Shown here one piece after another: positions 25,279-36,661 of a stretch of 64,000 nt of DNA. The number at the start of each line of letters is the position of its first letter. Within the stretch, counting starts at the first letter, position 1. Where the stretch lies: positions 186,001 through 250,000 of the forward strand of contig NIVC01000493.1 in the NCBI GenBank assembly GCA_002269645.1, read 5' to 3'. The DNA is from Macrostomum lignano (lineage: Eukaryota). The notes under the pieces were generated by a model. The model worked only from the letters and a program-made list of their open reading frames with translations. It did not search any database and was not told where the DNA came from. Position numbers and translations under genes: made by a program.

Positions 25279-28200
25279 TTAAAACTGAGGACCAAAAGTG
25301 ACGCTGCCACCGAATCCACCTCTGTACTGACCCGGATGTTGGCCCGTATTTTGGACTGGCCCTGGATGTCTTTGACCTGGATGTCGCGAGTGTTGACCAG
25401 GGTATTGTCCGGTATGCAGCTTTCCCGGATGTCGTAGACCTTGGCGTTGGCCGGGATGTTGGCCAGGATATTGGGCAGAATGTTGCTTCCTCGGATGTTG
25501 GCCTGGCTGTTGACCTGGCTGATGGCCTGGATGCTGACCTGGATGTTGGCCTGGATGCTGGCCTGGCTGTTGACCTGGCTGATGGCCTGGATGCTGACCT
25601 GGATGTTGGCCTGGATGCTGACCTGGCTGATGGCCTGGATGCTGACCTGGATGCTGACCTGGATGTTGGCCTGGATGCTGGCCTGGATGCTGACCTGGAT
25701 GTTGGCCTGGATGCTGGCCTGGTTGCTGGCCTGGATATTGGCCTGGATGCTGACCTGGATGTTGGCCTGGATGCTGGCCTGGATGCTGGCCTGGTTGCTG
25801 GCCTGGATATTGGCCTGGATGTTGGCCTGGATATTGGCCTGGATGCTGGCCTGGATGCTGGCCTGGATGCTGGCCTGGATATTGGCCTGGATGTCGGCCT
25901 GGATGCTGGCCTGGATGTTGGCCTTGATGCTGGGCAGAATGTTGCTTGCTCGGATGTTTGCCTGGCTGTTGACCTGGCTGATGGCCTGGATGTTGGCCTG
26001 TATGCTGGCCTGGATTCTGGCCTGAATTCTGGCCTGGATGTTGGCCTGGATGCTGGCCTGGATGTTGACCTGGTTGATGGTCTGGATGTTGACCTGGCTG
26101 TTGGCCTGGTTGTTGGCCTGAATGCTGGCCTGGATGTTGGCCTTGATGCTGGGCAGAATGTTGCTTGCTCGGATGTTTGCCTGGCTGTTGACCTGGCTGA
26201 TGGCCTGAATGTTGGCCTGTATGCTGGCCTGGATACTGGCCTGGCTGTTGACCTGGTTGATGGCCTGAATGTTGACCTGGCTGTTGGCCTGGCTGTTGGC
26301 CTGGATGCTGGCCTGGCTGTCCTGGAAGATGGCCTGCATGTCGCTGCTGCTGACTTGCTAGCGGGGGCGGCGGGCAGTGCACTGGCGGGAGCGGAGGCGG
26401 CGGCATGTGCATAGGTGGTAACTTCTGGCCGCAGTTTGGCAACGAAGGCGGCGGGCGGTCAAACTGCAAATTGTGCTGCTGATGCCGCTGTTGCGGCGGC
26501 GTCGGCGGTTGGTTTGACGGAAAGTAAATTGGTAAAAACGAGGCCTCAGTGCCGCTCTGAAGATTTAACGAGAGCGAGTGTACATTGAGGCGTGGGCGGG
26601 GGCTAGCAAGTGTACATTGAGGCGTGGGCGGGGGGCTAGCGAGTGTACATTGAGGCGTGGGCGGGGGCTAGCGAGTGTACATTGAGGCGTGGGCGGGGGG
26701 CTAGCGAGTGTACATTGAGGCGTGGGCGGGGGGCTAGCGAGTGTACATTGAGGCGTGGGCGGGGGCTAGCAAGTGTACATCGAGGCGTGGGCGGGGCTAG
26801 CAAGTGTATATTGAGGCGTGGGCGGGGGCTAGCAAGTGTACATTGAGGCGTGGGCGGGGGCTAGCGGAGAGAGAATGTAGTTGTGGCGTGAGCTGGAAAA
26901 AGGCCTTTTAAACCTTTTTATCCATACTGCACTCACAGACTGGTGCTGATTCAACGGTTGAAGCTGCCGAGGAGACTGAGATAACTGATGCTGAGGAGAC
27001 TGAAAGCCAGGCGGCGGTTGATGCGGCGAGAATGGAACGACGCCACCAGCTGGGGAGCGAAATTCCGGCGCGGCCGTAGGCGGCAGGCCGGAGATGGGCT
27101 TCTGTAGAACAAAGGTTTAATGACTGACCTAGCTCAACAAGCAAAACAGTCATGATTTGTTGAGCAGGATAAAATAGCTGAACTCACGCCAGGACATGGA
27201 GAGTTTAGTTGATTATTAAACAGCCGATTTGCTGGCGAGTTGCTAATGCTATCGAACGGAGCCTGTGGACTAGGTCTGGCCTGCTGCTGCTGTGGGCGGA
27301 GTCAGATAGAATGCTTTATTAGTTATCATATTAATGCCTTTTATTACTGAATTACCAGCAATGCAAATTAGGTGGGCCATACTCATGCAGCTGGGAATCA
27401 GGGTCTGCTGCCCCCCCCCTTACTCACACAGCTGGGAATTGGAGTCTGCTGCAATGCAACTAGCAGTTATATCATTCACACACCTGGCCACACAGTCCGT
27501 GCATCCGGTGCTGCAGCCCGGCGCGAGCCGTCCCTTGCTGGAGCAGGCTGGCATAAGCCGCTAATAAAGCAGGTTTAGCAACCATTGATTGGCTAATTAA
27601 TATACTGGAAGCCAGTTTCTGCTGCTGCTGTTGCAGCCCCAACTGATATGAGCTGAATGAGTCACCACCAGTCGTTGCTAATGCCGTTGCCAATGGAAAC
27701 TGCTGACGCTTCTGGCTGCCAATAGGTTGCTAAAAAAGTGACAAAAACAATGATATAATAATTTATCAAGCATCAAAAATCCCCTCAAAAACTAACCCCA
27801 ATAACCTGTAAATCTCGGCAGATGCTACTGGCAGTAGGCAGTAATGCATCGCACATTCCAACCCCAATAATAACTTGTAAATCTCGGCAGATACTACTGG
27901 CAGTAGGCAGTAATGCATCGCACATTCCAACCCCAATAATAACTTGTAAATCTCGGCAGATGCTACTGGCAGTAGGCAGTAATGCATCGCACATTCCAAC
28001 CCCAATAATAACTTGTAAATCTCGGCAGATGCTACTGGCAGTAGGCAGTAATGCATCGCAAATTCCAACCCCAATAATAACCTGTAAATCTCCGCTGACT
28101 TTCCCGGACGCCGAGCCGCGATCCTCCCACGAGGCCATTCTCGACTGTGAAGACTGCGAACTGCATTCGTCGAGGCTGCCGACTGCTGGCGATGGGGGCA

Positions 28201-31200
28201 ACTCGCAGGCATCCCGTAGGCGGCGAGGCAGCGAGCCGATCGGATCTCCGTCAACAGCGGCAAATTCAGCGCCAACTGTGGCCGAGTGCATCGCGGCGGT
28301 GGGCTGACCGGGGCTGCTGCGGTTGCTGCTGGCCTGGGACGGCAGGTCAACCGAAGTTTCAACGCCGGAGTCGCGGGTCTCACAGCCGCCGCAGTGCTCA
28401 GTCTGCGACTGCCGGCCCGCCTGACGAGGCTGACGTTTCTGAGATTCGTCAGGCTGGTTACATTGGATTGTCTGGAGATAAGGCTGGCTCGCCTGATGAG
28501 GCTGGCTTGTCTGGTGATGAGGAGGCTGACCTGTCTGGTGATGCGACTGACTCGCCTGGTGATGAGGAGGCTGGCTCGCCTGGTGATGAGGAGGCTGGCC
28601 TGTCTGGTGATGAGGCTGGCTTGTCTGGTGATGAGTCTGGCTTTCCTGCTGATGAGGCTGACTTTCTTGGTGATGAGGCTGGCTTCCTTGGTGATGAGGC
28701 TGGCTTTCTTGGTGATGAGGCTGGCTTCCTTGGTGATGAGGCTGGCTTTCTTGGTGATGAGGCTGGCTTCCTTGGTGATGAGGCTGGCTTTCTTGGTGAT
28801 GAGGCTGGCTTCCTTGGTGATGAGGCTGGCTTCCTTGGTGATGAGGCTGGCTTTCTTGGTGATGAGGCTGGCTTCCTTGGTGATGAGGCTGGCTTTCTTG
28901 GTGATGAGGCTGGCTTTCTTGGTGAGGTTGACTTGCCTGGTGATGAGGCTGACTAGGAGCCTGAGTTCTCAGATTAGGCTGGTGAATCTTGCGATCTTGA
29001 AGATCATATTTCGCATTGTGGTTCTTCTGAGTCTTCGATGAGTCTTCCTCGGTCGATTTGTCACAAATTTCCCTCACACTGTGCCTATAGTAGTCGCCTC
29101 CCACATTCTTGCCGGTGCAAGCATCGACTAGCGCCAGATCTGCGCCGCGCAGATCGCTACGCGTCCATTCCAGCGCCATCACCGACTGCTGCTGGGCCGG
29201 CGGTTGACGGCGCCGATGCAAATCCGACGGCATTAGCGACGATGTGAGCTCCAGATCGAATAGCTGGCTCTGCTGGCGTTGGGCCAAGTCGGACGGGGGC
29301 CCGTTGTACACGATGTCCATTAGCGGAGTGGGTCGAGTCAATGAAGCGCCGCAGGCGGTCTGGTTGGAAAGCAGAGCGATCTTGGCTGCTGATTGATCCT
29401 CTGGCGCCGACGGCTGCTGCTGCTCCCGCTTGGGACAGAAATGCTCCGGTGATTGCTGCCCTTCCTTGGCTTTTTCTTCTAAATCTTTTTTTCGAAGCTT
29501 TTTCTGCTTTAGCATTGAATGCTTCTGCTCTGATTTCTTCTGCGATTGTTGCTTCTGCTGTTTCAGCTTCAATGATTGCTGGGCTGCCTGCTGGCGGGCC
29601 GGCTTACGCAGCTTGGGGGACTCGGTGGCGCTGGGGTCCCGGGATTCACTTGAGTCCGCTGGCTGCGGCTCCTGCTCTGACTGGGCGGCCGTCGCTGTCC
29701 GATATTTAGCGTCGTCCTCCTCGTCGCTGAAGACAATCTTGGCCGAGTAGTCCAATTCGTCGTTGTGCGCTAGAGCCCAACCGCTGGCCACCATGTCGCC
29801 TTTGGTGATCTCGTCCAGTTCGCTGCGCAGCGGCCGTTGCTGTTTCGCCGAAGCCGCCGCAGTTTTTAGCGGCTCTTTGCTCGTCTCCGGCTTTGCTGTT
29901 GAATTTGAATCGGCGCCAACAGCTGAAGTTGGTTGGCGGGCGAGCTGCACTCGGCCTAGCGACTGGAGACCGTGCTGAGATCGCTGCTGCGCGCCTGCCG
30001 GTGGTGAGGGAATGCAGTCTGTCTGTCTGTCTGTCTTTCTGTGTTAGTGTATGTGTGTTTACGTGGACCTTCCGTCGGTTTGAAAGCCTCCTTACGTGGA
30101 CCTCTCGGTTTAGAGGGACAGCTTAGGTGGACCACCCTGTAACTCTGTGCTGGAGCGTTTTGTGAGGGTTGAAATGGACCTGGCTGGTCGCATAAAGAAA
30201 AACCTGTATTTCCACGAACGCATAAAAAGTTGACAGAAACATATTTGTGAAAACTGTCCAGCCCCAACGCTCTAACAAAAAGACTAGACGATTCGATCAG
30301 CCGCCGGCTCAGACCTGCGAGATTCCAAGAGACGATATTACTGACAAAAATCCGGCAACTTCTAAGCGGCAACCATATCTCCATCATGTTCAAGCTCCTC
30401 AGCTGGTACTAATGCACCTCCTGGACCGTCTGAAGTCGCCCCGGTGCCAGCCACTGCCGTTTTTTGAACCCCCAGTCTTGGATCATTTATCAGTATGTGC
30501 TAATAAAGTTATTGTTTAAATTTACAAAAGGACAATAGGTCTTTATTTATCCATTACAACCCACAAAATTTGTAAAACGCAGACTTGAAAGCTAAGGTCA
30601 GAATTTTATTCCGGGAGAGAATAGAAGGCTGGTCCAGGTAAACCCCCAATTAACTGATTGCAGTGCAAGAAGACTTGGAATCCAGCAGAAAAGTATTTTT
30701 GAGCAAAGCTTTTTTACTCTTATCAATTATGCACCCTGCAGGCTGTAGATAGATTTTTGAGAGTAAACTACGAGTACCCAAAAAATCAAGTGAAGTAAAA
30801 CGAATCTTCTTTTGCAGATTGCGCTGGAAAAGACTGGCGAGCTGATGGAGAGGACGGAGGACAGGAGTACGCAAGCTAATATGCTGTAAACAGCAACGCC
30901 AATGTTAATGGACCCCTCTTCCTGACGAATTGAAAACAAGTCATTTCAATTGCAAACGGGTGGCCTGCACCGCAGGCCATAGAAAAATTTCTAAGTTTTG
31001 TGAACCTTCTGATCTCCTCACTTAAAGACGGGTGGCCTGCTATGCAGGCCATGGCTGCAGGCAACAACAATATTGTCTATGGTCGTGTTTGTACTCAGTG
31101 TCACAGCTCCAGACTGAATAATTGTACTGGAGTTCTCACTTCTTTGACAGGTTGAATAATTTTAAAGTTATGTCATAGCCAGTTGGTTTAACTGTCCGCT

Positions 31201-34200
31201 AAAGACCTGGAGTCTTATGACATCTCATTAATGTGGTTAGGAAAGTCACAGTAAAAAACCTAGCATAAGAGTTTGGATTTTATAAGAGTTGGCATACAGA
31301 AGCAGTTATACATGGCATCACTTGACGAAGAACCAGATTTTAAGCAGTTGATGTCCGATGACAAGGATCAAGATAGCAGCGATTCCACTACTGACTCGTC
31401 CAATGAGGCTTCCGATCTAGACAGTGCATCCGTGGATGAAGAAATAGGTGGCTGTCAACGCGTCGTACCCGGAGAGAATGGTTTGCAGGAGCCAGATTCG
31501 AAATTCATGGCGACCTCTGGCTTGAACCCGGATTTGGTGGCGCCAGCTGATTCAGACAACAATATTCAATGGTTTTTCGACCTATTTTTAGCTGACGCGC
31601 TGATGAACAAGCTGTGCGAGAGGACCAACAAGAAAGCTTGGTTTGAGTTAGAAAGGTTTCAAGCTGAAGGAGGTGAGCCAGCTGAGGTGCCACCAATCTT
31701 GAAGACTTGGAATAATTGCATATTGAACGAGACCAGGAAGGTGATAGCGACTAATTTTTTAATGGGGCTGAGCAAGAAGCCGGAATTGCAACTTTACTGG
31801 TCTACGGACCCGTTCGACCAAAGCCCTTTCATGCAGCAACCTTCAAGCCTGTCAAAATCGATATAAAGAAATCATGCACTTCCTGTGCTTCTACGACTGC
31901 ATCGCAATCGCAGACTTGAACGACCCTCTAAGAAATATTCGACCGTTTCTTAGAATTATGCAGCAGGCAATGCAGAATACTTATTTGCCAGAGCAGAACA
32001 TCTGCATTGACGAATCGCTAGTGCTGTAAAAAGGACGCCTGCTTTTTCGTCAGTACATTTCAAGCAAGCAAAGCAAGTTTGGCATCAAAATGTACTGTCT
32101 ATGTGAATCCCAGACAGGGTACATGTGGAACTTTTTAATCCACAGTACATATGCGGAAATTGAAAAATTTGGACAAGAGTTGGAGTGTGACCACCTTCAA
32201 CGAGCGCATTGTGGTGGAAATGAGCAGCCAGATTTTAAACTTTATCTACCACCTGTTCACGGACAGCTGGTTTTCTTCGGCTCGACTGGCCGAGTTCCTG
32301 CTGTCTAAATCCACATTTCTGACGGACACAGTTCGACAAGATCGCGGGATCCCCGACTGTCTACGGCAGCTGGCTCTTCCTGCCAACTCTATGTGAATTT
32401 GTTCGAAAAGAGTGCCTGCTTGCTGTGAAGCTTGTTGATCGAAAGCACGAGTTAAGACGGTTAACTTCATCGACTCCAGGAGCATACATGCGCAACCTTG
32501 GGATTCACTCGGCCGTTTCTATTGGCAAAACATACATGTAAGTCGCTATTGGCTGAGAGCAGTCACGTGACTACTATTCCGTCAATAGCGACTTACATAT
32601 GTGGTTACTGTTGGTTACTGTTAACTAATCATAATCTCGATTCAGTCGTACGAGGGCCCAGTTCCCTGCACGACCTTAGCTTACTGTAGCATGCCAAAGA
32701 CGAAAAAAACAAGAGCGAGATGAGCTCTTTTATCTAGTGAATCACGCCATTGCGCCTTTTCTGCTGAGCGAAGTGAAAAAAATATATTATCGAAGCTGGC
32801 TTCTACTCAGCTTTGACGAAAGCGAAGGCTTTGTTTGTGTGCGCTCGCTACGTATCTGGCAAGAGTCATTATTGAAATGCTGGGTGCAATTTCTCTGGAG
32901 GCTCTCGATGCCACGAGCTGTGCCGAGGACATTCGCCATTGCGTGCTGGGTTACAATTTGCTGCCTAGTGTAGTTTGGCGACTGCTTGGACAATTTCAAC
33001 GTCATGCGTAGCACCAACGCAGGCGTTACCAAGCATCTCCGAAGTATACCCGAGCTAAACCACTTGGTGGATACAGGGGGTGCACTCTTCATGTTGTCGC
33101 CAACAGTGCCCGACAGGCTGTAGAGAAAAACATGCCGGACATTGTGTTCTGCTGTGCGAAGATGTGCCCTCCTGTTTAGCGAGAAGCAAATCCTATCCAA
33201 GGTAAGAATAAACTTGTTAAATAAGCTGGCATTGCTGCTTACATTGCAAAATCAACGCTTTACTTCTGAAATCTTGTGCACTCACATTTTCTATTGCAGT
33301 AAGGAAAATACTTGGGAACTCAGACGTCAAATCCCAGCTAGTGTAATTCTCAACTTGCATTTATCTTGTGGTAAGAACTGATCCATCAGTAGTTCATCGG
33401 GATATGTATTCACACAATTTGTGACATAGCTGGCATGATACTGAAACTCACATTTCAGAGAAGTGCTTCCCGGAAGCCAAGCCTAAGGAAAAGGTGAGTT
33501 AGAGAAAACAATTGTAATTGTCACGATGTACATATGTCCATATTGGGGTCCAGGATCCAAGCAAATCATCAATGAATCAGTGTATGTTAAAGCTGGGCTC
33601 TATCCGATTAGTATGTTTCAGTCAGAACTTCTTTGCAGCTCATAATTTTCTAATTAAAATTCCTTCGCTCAGGTCGAAAGCGAAGTGACAAATCCGATGG
33701 ATGATCGTTCAATGGGTCGCCTGACGGATCCTGCTGACAGCACGTGTCTGTTGAGGACAAAGCGGAGGCTGCAGAACCTGCACGATAGAGCTTCAGCGGC
33801 CGCCTCAAAGAAGAAAGTCGATAAGGCTACCGTTTCTGCCGAAACTTCAGCGCAGCAGCTCGCTGGCAAGGCATCAGCGGCTCAGAAGAGGGCACTGTCT
33901 GGTCAGTACCCGACTTCCGATCCGTCTGTGGTGAAGAAGTCAGCCGTAGCTTCCTGTTCAATGGCGTCCGATCAAGCTAAGTAAGCCATTCAAAACGTGA
34001 TATCAAAGTGCACGGGTTTAAAACATCCTGAGCGCTTGACCTAAAAAAAGTTGAGAAAGTACGTTGCAACGGTATCCCAGCCCCTTGAGCTCAACGAGAA
34101 TGAGCTGGGCTGGCTTTCGCGACACCTTGTGGTCACAGCTTGCAGGCTGAAAGTGCACCGTACTTTCTACAGAATTCACAAGAGGACTATTGAGCTCGCA

Positions 34201-36661
34201 AAAGCTGGCAAATTGATGCTTGCAATCGAATCGGGAAAGCTGAATCAAATCAAAGGAAATACCCTGGATGAGATCGAAGTAGATGACATCGACGTTGACT
34301 TGGGCGACTCAGTCAGACTTGAAGTCGAGGACAAAGCAAGAAGGGCACTGAAAGATTCAAACGAGAACGGAGACATGTCAACTGAAGCAGCAACAAGTCG
34401 ATCTGGCTTTACTACGAGGGGTGTACTACGATGTCAGAAATCGATGGCAGAAGGCAGAAGTTTACTTTACTACGATGGCAGAAGTGTGCAGCGCAGTGGT
34501 GACTATGTGGAGAAGGCTCAGGACAATTTTGATTAACTTTTAACTGTTCTTTCCTCAGCTTTCATGTTGCGGATGTTTTGTTGATTCGTTGAATGCTTCG
34601 TCGTTTCGTGCATCAGGTACAAAGCTTTGGTCTATGGCAATTTGTAAAAGTAGCACAGGGGGTGGGGCAGAAAAGTGCTCATATCTCAAGAATGCCAGCA
34701 GATACAGAATAAAACAGAAAGTCATTTTAACGGGCAGATAATTCTCTTTTCAACTGCAAAAGACTTAATATCTCTGATCGGTCATAAAAAAGATTGTAGT
34801 GAAGAAAGTGAACCGACTTTTGGGACACCCCTCGTAAAAAGGATCGCAACAGAAGGATCCTACTGAGTCTGAGCATTCTAAGCGTCTACGCCGCAAAAGC
34901 GTCGCAAAAGCTGCATCCGACGCTAGTGAAGAGGATAATATTGCAGCAGAGCAGCTGGAAGATCAGGATTTTCAAGGTGCTCCTTTGACAGTGAAGCAAG
35001 TCGGTAGAAACAAAAATACGCGGACACGGACAAAGTCTCCAGATTCTATTAGTGACGATCCTTCCTACGAGCCTTTGTCCAAAGTCTGTAAGAAAGCAAA
35101 AAACTGAAGCAGCTCCACGTCAAGAGGTCGTCAGAAGAGGACGCTGCACATTCAAGCATGCTTTCGGACGCATGCTCGAATCTGGAGGGAAAATTCCAGG
35201 ACTACACGCACTACAAAAGCTGAGACAGTAAGAGACAGCTCTGAAGGATCGATCAGTGCTGAAACTGAAAAGCGAATTCTTCAATGAACTCCAGAAACTG
35301 AAGAAGTATTTGAGCCTAACCTCTTTTTCTAGTTATTGCTACGATGTCTAGCTGCAGGAAGAGATCGCTAGAGATCCCTAGCTACCAGAAAGTCTTTTGC
35401 TCATTGTCTGTAACCGTAAATGTGCCAGAAAGTTGATACAAAAAAGTGTAATTTCTTTACAATTAGCTTCCCTTACTTTCTTGCCACTTTTTTGCCTCCT
35501 ACAATTGTTGACGTTCAGGTTATCACAGCTTTAAAAGAATGGCTTTTATCTATCATAATATACAAGAATTTACATCCCGATTCCCTAGTTTGTCAGTTTG
35601 CAGCTAGGTGAAACTGCAGGATTAAAATACCCTTAAAAATTATTTCAAAGCTCCTTGCAATACCAAATTACTACAAAATGCTTTATAAATCTGACTTTGT
35701 CTACTGCAATACAAATTTGTAATGCATTTATTAGCTATTTAGCTTTTTGAAAGCTGTTGCTAATTAATTTTACAGATTTCAATAATGTACTTGCATTTTT
35801 ATTGCCTGACCATTTTGTGAATTAATTTTTACCTGAATTTATGCAACATTTGGAAATGTTTTAAAATTCATTTTGAGCTTTTTCTGCTTAGATAGCTATC
35901 AGTATGGAGCAATGGTAAGTTTTTGTTAAAACATGAACTAATTATAGGCAGTAATTTCTTTGGAACTAACACTGCACTGTGTGTATACTTGTTGGACTCT
36001 GACTGACTTGGATCTTTTGTGAACTATGGGCTCTAGGGTCAGTACTTGGGGTAGGTTATTTGTCTGGTGATGGTTTGCATACTATGTATACATTATTGCT
36101 CATTCTTTATTCCATTATACATGCCTTATCTCTGTTACCCACCCTAATTCTATGCTGTGATGCTTATTAAATGTGTTTCTGATCTAATGCTAATTTCAAT
36201 AAACTTTTGTCACAACCAAGAGCTAAAGCTATTGACTTTCAATACTCTTCAATTTTCTACAACAGTGCAATTTTATGTAAATGACAAGAGTAACTATGAC
36301 TGTCTTATTAAGGCTAAATGCCTCATAATCAAATTATTAAACTTAAATTAAACTGAATATATCTGTATTCAGTTAAAAAGTTAACATGTGCTGTGTCACA
36401 TTTTTTAGCTACAATTTTAGACCCCATGTCATGCATCTGCAGGTTTTCTACACTTATTCCAATAGGATGTAAAACTAGCCTATATCTAGTGTAAGATGAA
36501 GACTGTTTAATTGAAAAGTGAAATAACAGATAACATGACTTACTAGCTTCCTTTCTAGGATTCACATCTTGGCCTCTGTAGACAGAATTAATATTGAAAC
36601 TAGAAAACTTTCCTTTTATCTTGTTGCCATCACCCTGCTTATTGGGTTTGGATACAGACAT
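25279..36661 (-). CDS. PRRC2: PRRC2/BAT2 (nocte)-like low-complexity protein, ~1252 aa; exons 36661-36544, 29994-28082, 27711-27606, 27560-27484, 27289-27188, 27101-26937, 26556-25279
   Basis: Exon 1 (KGKFSSFNINSVYRG) joins in phase 1 at a GTAAGT donor to SAQQRSQHGLQSLGRV. The human BAT2_N motifs, from memory, are KYSSLNLFDTYKG and RHGLQSLGKV. The second motif GWALAHNDELDYSAKIVFSDEED compares with [22 protein letters not shown]. All phases are consistent (3759 nt). The small 3' exons are less certain. Confidence 0.75.
26575..26865 (+). repeat. ~32-33-bp intronic minisatellite (GAGTGTACATTGAGGCGTGGGCGGGGG[G]CTAGC), ~9 copies
   Basis: Fills the last intron of the PRRC2-like gene. Confidence 0.9.
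27795..28095 (-). repeat. 69-bp tandem repeat (~4.3 copies) spanning the exon-2 donor of the PRRC2-like gene
   Basis: The unit translates as DLQVIIGVG[IM]CDALLPTASSICR (23 aa). Confidence 0.9.
31273..33200 (+). mobile_element. Decayed piggyBac (PGBD4-like, DDD) transposase, nested antisense in PRRC2-like intron 1
   Basis: Fragments read FFDLFL..L...TN, FLMGL.KKP..YWST, YLPEQNICIDESLVL*KGRL.FRQYI.SK..KFGIKMYCLCES.TGY.WNF and YHLFTDSWFSS, with a Cys-rich tail near 33100-33180. There are multiple stops and frameshifts. TTAA termini were not identified. Confidence 0.85.
33985..34330 (+). pseudogene. C-terminal catalytic fragment of a metazoan tyrosine-recombinase-like (Crypton-type) protein
   Basis: Reads KHPERLT*KKLRKYVATVSQ...LGWLSRHL[GHSL]KVHRTFYR...ELAKAGKLMLAIESG. 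This fits the R, GH and Y motifs of YR catalytic boxes. Assigned from the remembered motif pattern. Confidence 0.6.

Noticed and set aside
25224-26339. Alternative QASIQANI reading frame of the 12-bp repeat
   Set aside because: The PGQH frame is continuous with a Pro-rich exon start and a phase-0 acceptor at 26556; this frame is not.
30204-30393. Possible alternative first exon of the PRRC2-like gene (KYVSVNFLCVRGNTG)
   Set aside because: The donor is weak (GTTTTT) and the motif match is poorer than the exon at 36544-36661.
30540-33660. Search for piggyBac TTAA-CCC...GGG-TTAA termini
   Set aside because: No convincing TIR pair was found, so element boundaries are not claimed.
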